Of a DNA stretch of 59,907 nucleotides, positions 1 to 9,987 are shown piece by piece. The DNA is from an uncultured Gammaproteobacteria bacterium (GTDB taxonomy: Bacteria; Pseudomonadota; Gammaproteobacteria; QNFN01). Position 1 is the stretch's first letter; every line of letters starts with the position of its first letter. The notes below the pieces were generated by a model. It was not told where the DNA came from, did no database searches, and saw only the letters and a program-made list of their open reading frames with translations. The stretch is from assembly GCA_964195335.1 (NCBI GenBank), contig CAXMPC010000068.1, positions 1 to 59,907 of the forward strand, in the 5' to 3' direction. The position numbers were made by a program, and so were the translations under genes.

Positions 1-122
1 ATCCGTTCGGCCGGCACCCAGAATTCCTCGCCCGGGAATCCGGTGCGTTTCATGACGTGCCCGCCCAGAATCAGGACGAAGACCGGGGTCAATGCCGCGA
101 GGATGGCGTCAAACGGGACCAT
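1..122 (-). CDS. AEC (auxin efflux carrier) family transporter, N-terminal fragment running off the window
   Basis: Minus-strand ATG at 122, 3 nt after the tsaC stop, with GGAG about 7 nt upstream. Reads MVPFDAILAALTPVFVLILGGHVMKRTGFPGEEFW, a hydrophobic N-terminus typical of AEC permeases. Only 40 codons are visible. Confidence 0.45.
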   Translation of the reverse strand, partial: MVPFDAILAALTPVFVLILGGHVMKRTGFPGEEFWVPAER

Positions 123-125
123 CGA

Positions 126-680
126 CTACTCCCCGCGCCACAGGCGGCCGGTCGCCGCATCTCGGATCGTGCTTGGCCCCCGCTCTGGGTCGATCGGCCC
201 GGAGACCATGGCATCGAGCGCGTCGCCGAAGTAGCGCCGGACCGTCAGCGGATTGCGCGCCGGTTGGTGCCCTGCCGGGTTGGCACTGGTCGAGACCAGT
301 GGGCCGGTGAGCCGGCACAGGGCGGCGGCGACCGGGTGTGCCGTGACCCGCACGGCCAGCGTCTGGTGGTCGCCGGTGAGCCATGGCGGCACAGACGGCA
401 GGGCCGGCAGCAGCCAGGTGTGCGGACCGGGCCAGCTGGCGCGGACCGCGGTCATTCCTGCGGCAGCCACTTCGCTGACGTAGGGACGCAACTGGTCGAA
501 GTCAGCGGCTATCACGATCAGCCCTTTGCCCACCGGCCGGCCCTTGAGGGCCAGGAGGTCGAGGACAGCCACCGGGTCCAGGGGATCACAACCGAGACCG
601 TAGACGGCCTCGGTGGGGTAGGAGATGAGGCCACCGTCATGCACCGCCCGGGCAGCGAACCGCAGTCGCCAACCGGGCAC
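126..680 (-). CDS. tsaC: L-threonylcarbamoyladenylate synthase, YrdC/TsaC type
   Basis: 184-aa ORF with YrdC/Sua5 family motifs (ISYPTEAVYGLGCDP, KGRP..KGLIVI, STSANPAG). Confidence 0.85.
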   Translation of the reverse strand: MPGWRLRFAARAVHDGGLISYPTEAVYGLGCDPLDPVAVLDLLALKGRPVGKGLIVIAADFDQLRPYVSEVAAAGMTAVRASWPGPHTWLLPALPSVPPWLTGDHQTLAVRVTAHPVAAALCRLTGPLVSTSANPAGHQPARNPLTVRRYFGDALDAMVSGPIDPERGPSTIRDAATGRLWRGE

Positions 681-688
681 GGTCAGGT

Positions 689-1192
689 TCAGCCCAGCCG
701 GGCCTGCAGGTTGGCGTCCTTGTCCAGCACGGCCTCGGCAGCGGCGGCACGCTCAGACTCCAGGCGTCGGCCCAGGTCGGCATCGGCGGTAGCCAGGATC
801 TGCGCCGCAAGGAAGGCCGCATTCTTGGCCCCGGCCTTGCCGACGGCGACGCAGGCCACCGGAACACCACCGGGCATCTGCACGGTCGACAACAAGGCGT
901 CGAGGCCGGCCAACATTCCGGCCTCGAGCGGCACGCCGATGACCGGCTTGAGGGTCAGGCCGGCCACCGTGCCGGCGAGGTGGGCCGCCATGCCGGCCGC
1001 GGCGATGAAAGCGCCACAACCCCGTGACTCGGCATCCTTGACGTAGGCATGGGTGGCGGCAGGGGTACGATGGGCCGACGTGACTCTCGCCTCGAACGGC
1101 ACATCCAGTCGCCTGAGGACGTCGAAGGTCGCCTCCATCACCGGCAGGTCCGAGTCGGACCCCATCAGAACAGCAACGAACATGTCGGACAT
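689..1192 (-). CDS. purE: N5-carboxyaminoimidazole ribonucleotide mutase
   Basis: 167-aa ORF with VAVLMGSDSDLPVM, SAHRTP and AAGMAAHLAG, which are PurE signatures. Confidence 0.9.
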   Translation of the reverse strand: MSDMFVAVLMGSDSDLPVMEATFDVLRRLDVPFEARVTSAHRTPAATHAYVKDAESRGCGAFIAAAGMAAHLAGTVAGLTLKPVIGVPLEAGMLAGLDALLSTVQMPGGVPVACVAVGKAGAKNAAFLAAQILATADADLGRRLESERAAAAEAVLDKDANLQARLG

Positions 1193-1235
1193 CGCTTAGC
1201 TCTCCTCAGTCTTCAGGTTGGCGTATTGTCCCGAC

Positions 1236-3551
1236 TCAGCCGGCCTCGGCTTCGTCAGCAACCGCCTCGCTGTAGGCACACTCCCGCTGCGGACAGACGC
1301 GCTCGGTGCCGCGGGATTTGGTGGTCTTCAGGGTCAGGATCGGCCAGGCGCACGTCGGGCATGACTCGGCCAGAGGTGCGTTCCAAACGGCGTAATCACA
1401 CTTCGGATAGGTGGAGCAGGAGAAGAACTGCTTGCCCTTGCGCGACTTGCGCGCCATCAGCGTCCCCTTGCCACACTGCGGGCAGGCGACTCCGGTGTCG
1501 ACCGGCCGTTCGAGCGGCTCGATGTACTTGCAGTCAGGATAATTGGCACAGCCGATGAACTTGCCGTAGCGGCCGTTGCGCACCAGCAGGTCGCCGTCGC
1601 ATTTCGGACACTGTCGCCCCTCGACCTTCTCCGGCTCGACGGGGGTCCCGCCATCACCGAGGTCGCGGGTGTAGCTGCACTTGTTCTCCTTGTCGAAAAA
1701 GCCGGTGCAGCCGACGAAACGGCCGCGCTTGCCGAGCCGGATCACCAGCGGGCGGCCGCAACCCGGCTCGGGACATACCTCGTCGAGCGGTTCGCTGGTC
1801 ACCTCGTCGCGCGTGACGGTGCGATTCTTCTCCTCGATGAGGTCGCGGAACGGACCCCAGAACTCGTGCATCAGCGGCCGCCAAGCCTCCTCGCCACGCG
1901 ACACCGCGTCGAGCTCGTCCTCGAGTCTGGCGGTAAAGCCGTAGTCGACGTAACGGGTGAAATGCTGGGTCAGAAAACGGGCGACCACACGGCCGACGTC
2001 GGTCACGAAGAAGCGGCGCTTTTCGATCTGGACGTATTCGCGATCCTGCAACGTCTTGATGATGGAAGCGTACGTCGACGGTCGGCCGATGCCGTGCTCT
2101 TCGAGCGACTTGACCAGGCTCGCCTCGCCGAAACGCGGCGGCGGCTCGGTGAAGTGCTGCTCCGGGCGCAACGCCTTCAGCGCCAGCGTTTCGCCCGCCT
2201 CGACCGGCGGCAGCAGCTTGGCGTCGTCATCGCCCTTGCCGTTGTCGTCGGAACCCTCCCGGTAGACCGCCATGAAGCCCGGGTCGACCACGGTGGAGCC
2301 GGTGGCGCGGAAGCGGTCGCCGGCCCCGGCGGTCATGTCGATTGCCACGGTATTGATGGTGGCGTGGTTCATTTGCGAGGCGACGGCGCGCTTCCAGATC
2401 AGGTCATAGAGCTTGAGCTGGTCCGGCGTCAGGTGGGCCTTCAATGACTCTGGAGTGTGTGTAGAGAGGGTCGGACGAATCGCTTCGTGCGCCTCTTGTG
2501 CGTTCTTCGATTTGGTCTTGAACCGACGCGGCGCGTTGGGCAGCTGGTCGGCGCCGTAGCGTTCACTGATCATGGCGCGCAGTTCTTCGAGCGCTTCGGC
2601 GGCGAGAGTCACCGAGTCGGTACGCATGTAGGTGATCAGACCGACCTGCTCGCCATGACCGATGTCGATCCCCTCGTAGAGCTGCTGCGCAGTACGCATG
2701 GTGCGCTGGGTGGTGAAGCGCAGCTTGCGCGCCGCCTCCTGCTGCAGCGTCGAGGTGATGAAGGGCGGTGCCGGGTTGCGCTTGCGCTGCTTGCGCTCGA
2801 CCTTCTCGACCGTCAGCTGGCTGTTGGCGGCGGCCGTAATGGCCTGCGTCGCCTTGCTGGCGCTGGTTTCATTGTTGAGGTCGAACTGGTCGAGCTTGGC
2901 GCCGTCGTAGTGGGTCAGGCGGGCACTGAATCCCTGCCCTTCCTTGTCGAGGTCGGCGTCGAGAGTCCAGTACTCGCGGGGCACGAACGCCTCGATCTCC
3001 TCCTCGCGCTCGGCGATCATGCGCAGTGCCGGGCTCTGTACACGGCCCGCCGATAGCCCGCGGCGAATCTTTTTCCACAACAGCGGCGAGAGGTTGAAGC
3101 CGACCAGGTAGTCGAGCGCACGGCGTGCCTGCTGAGCGTCGACCAGTTCCTGCGACAGGTCGCGTGGGTGAGCCATCGCCTCGTCGATCGCACGCTTGGT
3201 GATCTCGTGGAACACCACCCGCTGCACCGTCTTATTCTTCAGCACGCCCTTCTCTTCCAGCAGCTGGTGGAGGTGCCAGGAGATCGCCTCACCCTCGCGG
3301 TCCGGGTCGGTCGCGAGGTAGAGGGCTTCAGCCTTGCGCGCCGCCTTGGCGATGGCCTTGACGTGCTTTTCGTTACGCTCGATGACCTCGTAGCGCATGG
3401 CGAAGTCGGCGTCTGTATCGACCGCCCCCTCCTTCGGCACCAGGTCGCGAACGTGGCCGTACGACGCCAGCACCTCGAAATCCTTGCCGAGGTATTTCTT
3501 GAGCGTCTTGCACTTTGCCGGCGACTCGACGATGACCAGATTCTTGCTCAT
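1236..3551 (-). CDS. topA: DNA topoisomerase I
   Basis: ORF 1236-3644. Start moved to ATG 3551 (MSKNLVIVESPAKCKTLKKYLG, the TOPRIM start). The type IA core is followed by four C-terminal CxxC zinc-ribbon repeats. Confidence 0.95.
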   Translation of the reverse strand: MSKNLVIVESPAKCKTLKKYLGKDFEVLASYGHVRDLVPKEGAVDTDADFAMRYEVIERNEKHVKAIAKAARKAEALYLATDPDREGEAISWHLHQLLEEKGVLKNKTVQRVVFHEITKRAIDEAMAHPRDLSQELVDAQQARRALDYLVGFNLSPLLWKKIRRGLSAGRVQSPALRMIAEREEEIEAFVPREYWTLDADLDKEGQGFSARLTHYDGAKLDQFDLNNETSASKATQAITAAANSQLTVEKVERKQRKRNPAPPFITSTLQQEAARKLRFTTQRTMRTAQQLYEGIDIGHGEQVGLITYMRTDSVTLAAEALEELRAMISERYGADQLPNAPRRFKTKSKNAQEAHEAIRPTLSTHTPESLKAHLTPDQLKLYDLIWKRAVASQMNHATINTVAIDMTAGAGDRFRATGSTVVDPGFMAVYREGSDDNGKGDDDAKLLPPVEAGETLALKALRPEQHFTEPPPRFGEASLVKSLEEHGIGRPSTYASIIKTLQDREYVQIEKRRFFVTDVGRVVARFLTQHFTRYVDYGFTARLEDELDAVSRGEEAWRPLMHEFWGPFRDLIEEKNRTVTRDEVTSEPLDEVCPEPGCGRPLVIRLGKRGRFVGCTGFFDKENKCSYTRDLGDGGTPVEPEKVEGRQCPKCDGDLLVRNGRYGKFIGCANYPDCKYIEPLERPVDTGVACPQCGKGTLMARKSRKGKQFFSCSTYPKCDYAVWNAPLAESCPTCAWPILTLKTTKSRGTERVCPQRECAYSEAVADEAEAG

Positions 3552-3671
3552 GCTGCACGTGATCAATAGCGGCCCGACTGGCCGAGAGGGGCCAAGCATA
3601 GGCATCGGAACGGGTGCCGGCAACCATCGCCGGCGGCGGATCAACGCTCCCGGGCGGAGCCCGGGAAGGGA

Positions 3672-4151
3672 TCAGTGGAGGTAGTCGCCGGCCGGATCGC
3701 TCTCGTATACCAGCTCGTGCATCCAGGCGAATGCCGCTTCCTCACCAGGCTCGCTGAAGAGCACCAGCAACACCACCCACTTGACGTGCTCGATTGAGAT
3801 CAGGTCGCCCTCGAGGGCCATCAGACGGTCGATGACCCGTTCGCGGCTGAGCGAGTTGAGCACACCGTTGTGCTCCAGGAACAGCAGGAAACCACGGCAG
3901 CTGGCGTCGAGGCGAACCATCTCGCTGTCGTCGTAGTGGCGCAGGGCAGAGTCGTTGGCGGTGGCACCGAGCGGTTCCGGGCGGTCGGCGAGGTCGCCAA
4001 GCCAGGCGAAGGCCTTGCGGATGTCGTGCAGACGGAAGCCGGCTTGCTGGAGTTCGTCGCGCAGCCCCTCCTCGTCCGGGAGGCGCTCGCCCTCGTCGTC
4101 CATGTAGTGCTCGAACAGGTAGACGAGCAGTTCGAGCACATCGCTCTTCAT
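3672..4151 (-). CDS. smg: Smg protein (DUF494)
   Basis: 159-aa acidic protein (MKSDVLELLVYLFEHYMDDE...) in the conserved dprA-smg-topA position. ATGA overlap with the dprA stop. Confidence 0.85.
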   Translation of the reverse strand: MKSDVLELLVYLFEHYMDDEGERLPDEEGLRDELQQAGFRLHDIRKAFAWLGDLADRPEPLGATANDSALRHYDDSEMVRLDASCRGFLLFLEHNGVLNSLSRERVIDRLMALEGDLISIEHVKWVVLLVLFSEPGEEAAFAWMHELVYESDPAGDYLH

Positions 4152-5272
4152 TGTTTGGCCCCCGGCAGCAGGTTGAAGCGGCCGCCTGGGCCTGATGATA
4201 CATGGCCGCCAAGCTCGAGGGCCAGCAGACGCGCCGCGACCTCGCCAGCACCCAGCCCGGTAGCTGCCACCAGGGCGTCTATGGATGCCAAACCCGCGCG
4301 CAACTCCCTCAGAAGCGAACGGTCCGTCACATCATGTTCAGGCCGCTTCCCTCCTGCTTCAGATCGCAAGGCCGCTGGAGCCCTCGACCCGGTCACGGCG
4401 GGCAACTCTTCCAGCAGGTCGTCGATGCCTTCCACCAACCTGGCGCCGTCGCGAATCAATGCATGACAGCCCTGGGCCAGGGGGTTGAGGATCGAACCGG
4501 GCACCGCGAACACTTCGCGTCCCTCCTCGGCCGCCAGTCGCGCGGTGATCAGAGAGCCGCTGCGCGGCGCCGCCTCCACCACCAGCACACCGAGCACCAG
4601 GCCGGCGATGATCCGGTTGCGGCGTGGGAAGTGGTGTCGCGCAGGTGGCGTGCCCGGCGGGTACTCCGACAGCAGCAGGCCACTTTCGGCGACCCTCCGC
4701 GCAAGCCCTTGATGGCTGCGCGGGTAGATCCGATCCGGACCGCTACCGAGGACGGCGAGGGTGGCACCGCCGGCCTCGAGCGCTCCGGCGTGGGCGGCCC
4801 CGTCAATACCAGATGCCAGCCCGCTGACGACCGCGAAACCGGCGTCCGCCAATTCGCCGGCGAATCGACGCGCCAGGGCCAGGCCGGTGGCAGTCGGGTT
4901 GCGGCTGCCGACCACGGCCACTCCGGGCCGGGCCAGTGCCTCGCGTCGTCCCTCCAGGAATAGCAGCAACGGCGGGTCGGCCGTGGCGAGAAGAGCCGGC
5001 GGGTAATCGGCGCAGGCGAGGGTCAGGAGGCTCCGTCCCGGGACCTCGAGCCAGGCGAGATCGACGGCAGCCGCCGTACGGTCGGCGCGCCGCAACGCAC
5101 GCCGGGCGGGTGCAGGGACGCCAAGTTCGCGCAGCCGTGCGTCAGTGGCGCTGAGTAGCACCTCGGGATCGGGACAGCGGTTGAGCAGCCGGCGCAGGGT
5201 ACGCGGGCCAAGCCCCGGCACCCGGTTGAGCGTCAGCCAGTCACCGGCATCGTCCGGCAGAACAGCGTCCAT
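4148..5272 (-). CDS. dprA: DNA-processing protein DprA
   Basis: 374 aa with the DprA Rossmann core (VAVVGSRNPT, SGLASGIDGAAH, FPRRNRIIAGL). Confidence 0.9.
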   Translation of the reverse strand: MDAVLPDDAGDWLTLNRVPGLGPRTLRRLLNRCPDPEVLLSATDARLRELGVPAPARRALRRADRTAAAVDLAWLEVPGRSLLTLACADYPPALLATADPPLLLFLEGRREALARPGVAVVGSRNPTATGLALARRFAGELADAGFAVVSGLASGIDGAAHAGALEAGGATLAVLGSGPDRIYPRSHQGLARRVAESGLLLSEYPPGTPPARHHFPRRNRIIAGLVLGVLVVEAAPRSGSLITARLAAEEGREVFAVPGSILNPLAQGCHALIRDGARLVEGIDDLLEELPAVTGSRAPAALRSEAGGKRPEHDVTDRSLLRELRAGLASIDALVAATGLGAGEVAARLLALELGGHVSSGPGGRFNLLPGAKQ

Positions 5273-5342
5273 GCGTGGGTCACCTCAGCACTTCCCTGTG
5301 CATGAGTGACGGCCCGGCCTAACGGCCGGACCGGGATTGGTA

Positions 5343-6425
5343 TCAGGGCGTGCCGACCTCGTCGTTGATGTGCAGCGGCGCCTCTTCCTTCATCACCAGG
5401 CCGTAGCTGACCCGGTCGAAGGTGCGGTAGATCATGATCAGGCCGGAGCGCTCGCGCGGGATGATGACCAGCTTGCGCTTCTCACCTGGGGGCAGATCCA
5501 CACAGCCCTCCTTGCGCTTGATGTAGATGTGGCAGTCGCCGATGTTCTCGGTCGGGTCGACGATGCCCTTGCTCGCGGTGTAGGCAACCAGCACGTGGCC
5601 GGCCTCGACACCGTCATTCGCCCCACGGTCGATGATCACGGTGTCGTACTGACCGATCAGGTCGACGACATCCGGGGCCGAGATGATGTGCGCCTGGAGA
5701 TCGAAACCGGGCGCCCGCGGGTAGAAGTTACGCGGCAGATTGGCATCCGTGGCTTCGACCAGGCGGTCGCTGACATGGATCTCGCGGTTGGTGCTGGTAA
5801 TGTCGACCTTGGCCGGGTCACCGGGCGTATCCAGGACGGCATCACCGGTATGGGTGATGTGGAAACCGAGGACCTCGCCGGTGGTGAAATCACGCAGTTC
5901 GTCACCGGGGCGGAAGATCAGGTACTCGAGCGGTGCGCCCTCGTCGAGAGAACGGACGTAGGCCCGGGTGCCCTCGTCACCGATCACCCGGTCCTCGCGG
6001 AAATGAACGATGTAGGGCGCGGCTTCGATCTCCTCGCGGCTCATGATCACCCGGTCACGCCGGAGGAACGGCAAGATGAACTCCAGCGGAATCGCCGGAA
6101 GGGCGTCGTCGAGTTGTGTGCTGCGTATCTGGGGCGAGAGCTTGCCGTCACCGCGACGGAGCATCGGACGACCGTCGACCCAGACCAGGTAGAGCTTGTC
6201 ACCCGGATAGATCAGGTGGGGGTTCTGGACCTGCGGATTGACGTACCAAATCTCGGGCCAGAGCCATGGCTGTTCCAGGAACATCGTGGAGATGTCCCAG
6301 AGCGTGTCGCCCTTCTTGACTACGTACTCCGTTGGCGCGTCGGAGCGCAGCAGGACATCCTGGGCGGCGACCGTACCAACGAGCACGATTCCCGCCAGCA
6401 CCCCAAGCAACCTGGAAATGAACAT
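5343..6425 (-). CDS. LysM peptidoglycan-binding domain protein
   Basis: 360 aa with a signal-like N-terminus and a LysM motif (YVVKKGDTLWDISTMFL...NPHLIYPGDKLYL). Conserved position divergent from def. Confidence 0.8.
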   Translation of the reverse strand: MFISRLLGVLAGIVLVGTVAAQDVLLRSDAPTEYVVKKGDTLWDISTMFLEQPWLWPEIWYVNPQVQNPHLIYPGDKLYLVWVDGRPMLRRGDGKLSPQIRSTQLDDALPAIPLEFILPFLRRDRVIMSREEIEAAPYIVHFREDRVIGDEGTRAYVRSLDEGAPLEYLIFRPGDELRDFTTGEVLGFHITHTGDAVLDTPGDPAKVDITSTNREIHVSDRLVEATDANLPRNFYPRAPGFDLQAHIISAPDVVDLIGQYDTVIIDRGANDGVEAGHVLVAYTASKGIVDPTENIGDCHIYIKRKEGCVDLPPGEKRKLVIIPRERSGLIMIYRTFDRVSYGLVMKEEAPLHINDEVGTP

Positions 6426-6493
6426 CGCAGCGATCCCTCGGTCGTTATTATCTGAAGATAATCCAGTAAAACAGTACGGCCACTAGTGTAGCG

Positions 6494-6499
6494 TATAAT
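6494..6499 (+). promoter_or_regulatory. Candidate -10 hexamer (TATAAT) for the def operon
   Basis: Exact TATAAT in the AT-rich divergent spacer, 57 nt upstream of the def ATG. No convincing -35. Confidence 0.3.
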
Positions 6500-6555
6500 T
6501 CCGTACCGGACTGGCAAATGCTAGTTCAATCCGAAAGATACCACCGAAACCTCTG

Positions 6556-7059
6556 ATGGGACTACTAAACGTACTGCACTTCCCCGACCCCCGGCTGCGC
6601 ACACGCGCGATCCCGGTCGAGGACGTCGACGAAACGGTCAGGCAACTGGTCGACGACTTGTTCGAGACCATGTACAGCGCCCCGGGCATCGGCCTGGCCG
6701 CGACCCAGGTCAATATCCACCGCCGGGTGATCGTGATCGACATCTCCGAGACCAAGGATCAACCGCTCTGCCTGATCAACCCCGAGATCACTGCCAGCGA
6801 TGGCATCGAGGAGATGGAAGAGGGTTGCCTGTCGGTGCCCGGGGTGTTCGAAAAGATCAACCGTGCCGACCGGATCACCGTCCGCGCCCTCGACCGCGAA
6901 GGAGCGACCTTCACCCTCGACGTCGACGGTCTGCTGGCGATCTGCATCCAGCACGAGATGGATCACCTCGAAGGCAAACTGTTCATCGACTACCTCTCCG
7001 AGCTCAAGCGCACCCGTATCCGCAAACGCCTGCAGAAACTGGAGCGCCAGACCCTGTGA
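6556..7059 (+). CDS. def: Peptide deformylase
   Basis: 167 aa with the three metal motifs [13 protein letters not shown] and HEMDH. Confidence 0.95.
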   Translation: MGLLNVLHFPDPRLRTRAIPVEDVDETVRQLVDDLFETMYSAPGIGLAATQVNIHRRVIVIDISETKDQPLCLINPEITASDGIEEMEEGCLSVPGVFEKINRADRITVRALDREGATFTLDVDGLLAICIQHEMDHLEGKLFIDYLSELKRTRIRKRLQKLERQTL

Positions 7060-7087
7060 GCACCGACCCAGAGACGCCCGCCTGCCC

Positions 7088-8032
7088 ATGACCACGAATC
7101 CACAGCCTCTGCGGGTGGTCTTCGCCGGCACACCCGACTTCGCCGTGCCGACCCTCGAGGCGCTTATGGTTGCCGGTCATGAAGTGGTGGCGGTCTACTC
7201 GCAACCGGACCGGCCGGCCGGTCGCGGCCGCCAGCTGCGGCCGAGCCCCGTGAAGCAGGCCGCCCTTGCCAACGATATCGAGGTGCGTCAACCGTTGTCC
7301 CTACGCGACCTCGAGGCACAGCAGGCGCTGGCCGCGCTCGAACCCGACGTCATGGTGGTCGTCGCCTACGGCCTGATCCTGCCGACACCCGTGCTGGCCG
7401 CTCCCCGTCTCGGCTGCATCAACGTCCACGCCTCGCTGCTGCCGAGGTGGCGCGGCGCGGCGCCGATCCAGCGTGCCCTGCTCGCCGGCGATACCGAAAC
7501 GGGCGTCACCATCATGCAGATGGAACAGGGTCTCGATACCGGCCCGATGCTGGCCAGGGAAGCATTGCCAATCGACGCCACGGACACGGCCGCGACCCTG
7601 CACGACCGGCTCGCGAGCATTGGTGCCCGGCTGCTGGCAGCCACCCTGCCGGCACTCGATCGCGGCGAGTTGGTCGCCGAGATCCAGGATCCGGAACTCA
7701 CCACCTACGCCGAAAAACTGACCAAGGTTGAGGCACGCCTCGACTGGCAGTCCTCGGCAACGGCCCTCGATCGCCAGGTACGTGCGCTTGATCCCTGGCC
7801 GGTGGCCGAGGCCCACCTCGACGACAAGCCGCTGCGCATCTGGCAGGCCACACCGCTGCCTGGCCATGACGGGCCACCTGGACGGATCGTCCAAGCCGGC
7901 CCTGAAGGCATCGATGTCGCTTGTGGCGAAGGACTGCTGCGACTGCTGCGGTTGCAACTCCCCGGCAAACGCCCGGTCAGCGCGGGCGACTTCGCCAACG
8001 GCCGCGCGGCCCTCGGCCTGATCCTGGACTGA
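7088..8032 (+). CDS. fmt: Methionyl-tRNA formyltransferase
   Basis: ORF 6800-8032. Start moved to ATG 7088 (MTTNPQPLRVVFAGTPDFAVP). Contains the HASLLPRWRGAAPIQ motif. Confidence 0.95.
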   Translation: MTTNPQPLRVVFAGTPDFAVPTLEALMVAGHEVVAVYSQPDRPAGRGRQLRPSPVKQAALANDIEVRQPLSLRDLEAQQALAALEPDVMVVVAYGLILPTPVLAAPRLGCINVHASLLPRWRGAAPIQRALLAGDTETGVTIMQMEQGLDTGPMLAREALPIDATDTAATLHDRLASIGARLLAATLPALDRGELVAEIQDPELTTYAEKLTKVEARLDWQSSATALDRQVRALDPWPVAEAHLDDKPLRIWQATPLPGHDGPPGRIVQAGPEGIDVACGEGLLRLLRLQLPGKRPVSAGDFANGRAALGLILD

Positions 8033-8039
8033 GACCACT

Positions 8040-9338
8040 ATGCAGGTCCGAGCCGCGGCCGCGCGCGTACTGGCCCGGGTGATCCGCCACGGCGCCTCGC
8101 TCGACAGCGCCCTCCCCGAAATACTGCAGAAGGTCGCAGCCGAAGACCGTGCCCTGGTCAGCGAACTCAGTTACGGCACGCTGCGTTGGCAGCCACGCCT
8201 GGCGGCGCTTGCCACGAAGTTGCTACATCGTCCGCCGCGGGCCAAGGACAGTGACATCGCTGCGCTGCTCCTGCTGGGCCTCTACCAGCTCCAGCACACA
8301 CGCATCCCGGCCCATGCCGCCGTGGCCGAGACCGTCGCCGGCGCCGGCGCCCTGGGCAAGCGCTGGGCGGCCGCCATGATCAACGCTTCACTGCGACGCT
8401 ACCTGCGCGAGCGTGAAACCCTCGATGCGGCGGTCGACACGGACCCCGCCTGCGCCCTGGCCCACCCCCCTTGGCTAATCGATCGGTTACAGGAGGCCTG
8501 GCCTGACGCCTGGGCCGCAGTCGCCACAGCCAACAACGCCCGTGCGCCGATGGCCCTGCGTGTCAACCTCGTCCAGGGCACGCGCTCCGACTACCTGGCA
8601 CGCCTGACCGCGAACGGCCACCAGGCCGCGCCGATCGCCCACACGAAGACCGGGCTGACGCTGACCAAGCCATGTGACGTCACCGATCTGCCGGGTTTCG
8701 CCACCGGTGCCGTATCGGTCCAGGACGGTGCCGCGCAGCTCGCCGCCCCGCTGCTGGCGCCACCGCCAGGCGGGCGGGTGCTCGACGCCTGCGCCGCCCC
8801 CGGCGGCAAGACGGCGCACCTTGGAGAGTGGCAGCCGCAACTCGGCACCCTGCTGGCGCTCGACCACGCCGAAGCGCGACTCGCGCGACTGCGCGACAAC
8901 CTGGCGCGTACGGGCGTCGAGGCTACGGTGATGGCGGCCGATGCCGGCGACCCGAGCGACTGGTGGAATGGTGAGACGTTCGACGCCGTGCTGCTCGATG
9001 CCCCGTGCTCCGGCAGTGGCGTCATCCGGCGTCACCCCGACATCAAGCTGTTGCGCCGCGCCAGCGATTTGCCGCAACTGGCCGCAAATCAGGCGCGCAT
9101 GCTCTCGGCGCTGTGGCCACTGGTCGCACCCGGTGGGCGCCTGCTGTATGCTACATGCTCGGTGCTTCCGGAAGAGAATGACTTGCAGATCAGCAACTTC
9201 CTGGCGGCACACGCGGATGCACAAGAGGACGAAATCGCGGCCGACTGGGGTCATGCCTGCCGCCATGGCCGGCAGATTCTGCCGGGAGAGGACACCATGG
9301 ACGGCTTCTACTACGCGCGCCTGGTCCGCCGGGCGTGA
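8040..9338 (+). CDS. rsmB: 16S rRNA (cytosine967-C5)-methyltransferase
   Basis: 432 aa with a NusB-like N-terminus and a SAM methyltransferase domain (LDACAAPGGKT, DAPCSGSGV, YATCS). Confidence 0.9.
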   Translation: MQVRAAAARVLARVIRHGASLDSALPEILQKVAAEDRALVSELSYGTLRWQPRLAALATKLLHRPPRAKDSDIAALLLLGLYQLQHTRIPAHAAVAETVAGAGALGKRWAAAMINASLRRYLRERETLDAAVDTDPACALAHPPWLIDRLQEAWPDAWAAVATANNARAPMALRVNLVQGTRSDYLARLTANGHQAAPIAHTKTGLTLTKPCDVTDLPGFATGAVSVQDGAAQLAAPLLAPPPGGRVLDACAAPGGKTAHLGEWQPQLGTLLALDHAEARLARLRDNLARTGVEATVMAADAGDPSDWWNGETFDAVLLDAPCSGSGVIRRHPDIKLLRRASDLPQLAANQARMLSALWPLVAPGGRLLYATCSVLPEENDLQISNFLAAHADAQEDEIAADWGHACRHGRQILPGEDTMDGFYYARLVRRA

Positions 9339-9375
9339 ACGGACCGCGCGCCTTGCGACCATCGGCAAGACTGCC

Positions 9376-9987
9376 ATGACCGACAGGAGGCCAGGCCGTT
9401 CCCGTAGACACGCCGGAAAGCTGGCGTGGGCGGTGCTGCTGGTTGTCTCCCTGTTGGCGCCCTTACCCATAATGGGGTTGGCGGCGGACGGCGATAAGGC
9501 TCGTTTCACCGTACTCGAGGCCAGCACCCGGCTGGTCAGTGAGGTCTACCTGCTCGATGCCCGTATTGCCTTCGACTTCAGTCCCGAGGCGATAGAAGCA
9601 CTCGACAACGGCGTCCCGCTGACAGTCGAGCTGCAGATCGAGGTGCTGGAGACAAGCGACTTGCTCTGGGACGGCACCGTCGCCACCCTGAGCCAGCGCG
9701 ACAGCATCGAGTACCGTGCCCTCGCCGACCTGTACCTGGTCACCAACCTCAACACCGGCGAATTGAGCAGCCATACCAACCTCGGGGCCGCCCTCGCGGT
9801 GCTCGGCCAGGTAGTGAATTTTCCCATGCTCGACCGGCGGTTGCTGCGCGTCGGCTCCAGTTACAGCGCGCGCCTGCGCGCCCGCCTCGACGTCGAATCA
9901 CTGCCCTTGCCCCTGCGGCCGATGGCCTACCTGAGCAGCCGCTGGGGTCTGACCAGCGATTGGCACGAATGGCCACTCACCCCCTGA
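9376..9987 (+). CDS. DUF4390 domain protein
   Basis: Start at ATG 9376 inside ORF 8941-9987. Signal peptide followed by FTVLEASTRLVSEVYLLDARIAFDFS. Conserved position between rsmB and the NtrY-like kinase. Confidence 0.7.
   Translation: MTDRRPGRSRRHAGKLAWAVLLVVSLLAPLPIMGLAADGDKARFTVLEASTRLVSEVYLLDARIAFDFSPEAIEALDNGVPLTVELQIEVLETSDLLWDGTVATLSQRDSIEYRALADLYLVTNLNTGELSSHTNLGAALAVLGQVVNFPMLDRRLLRVGSSYSARLRARLDVESLPLPLRPMAYLSSRWGLTSDWHEWPLTP

Noticed and set aside
5337-6455. 372-aa plus-strand ORF covering the whole LysM gene
   Set aside because: It is antisense to a gene with clear LysM and signal motifs. Its product is a low-complexity Val/Asp/Arg/Gly-rich string typical of shadow ORFs in GC-rich DNA.
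6800-7087. Long N-terminal extension of fmt. The same pattern occurs at 8941-9375 for DUF4390, 19379-19777 for recG, 25696-25983 for bioH, 36663-37046 for ctaA and 45041-45574 for the TauD-family gene.
   Set aside because: The extensions overlap the preceding well-supported genes in another frame or on the other strand. The family-typical N-termini begin at the internal starts I used.
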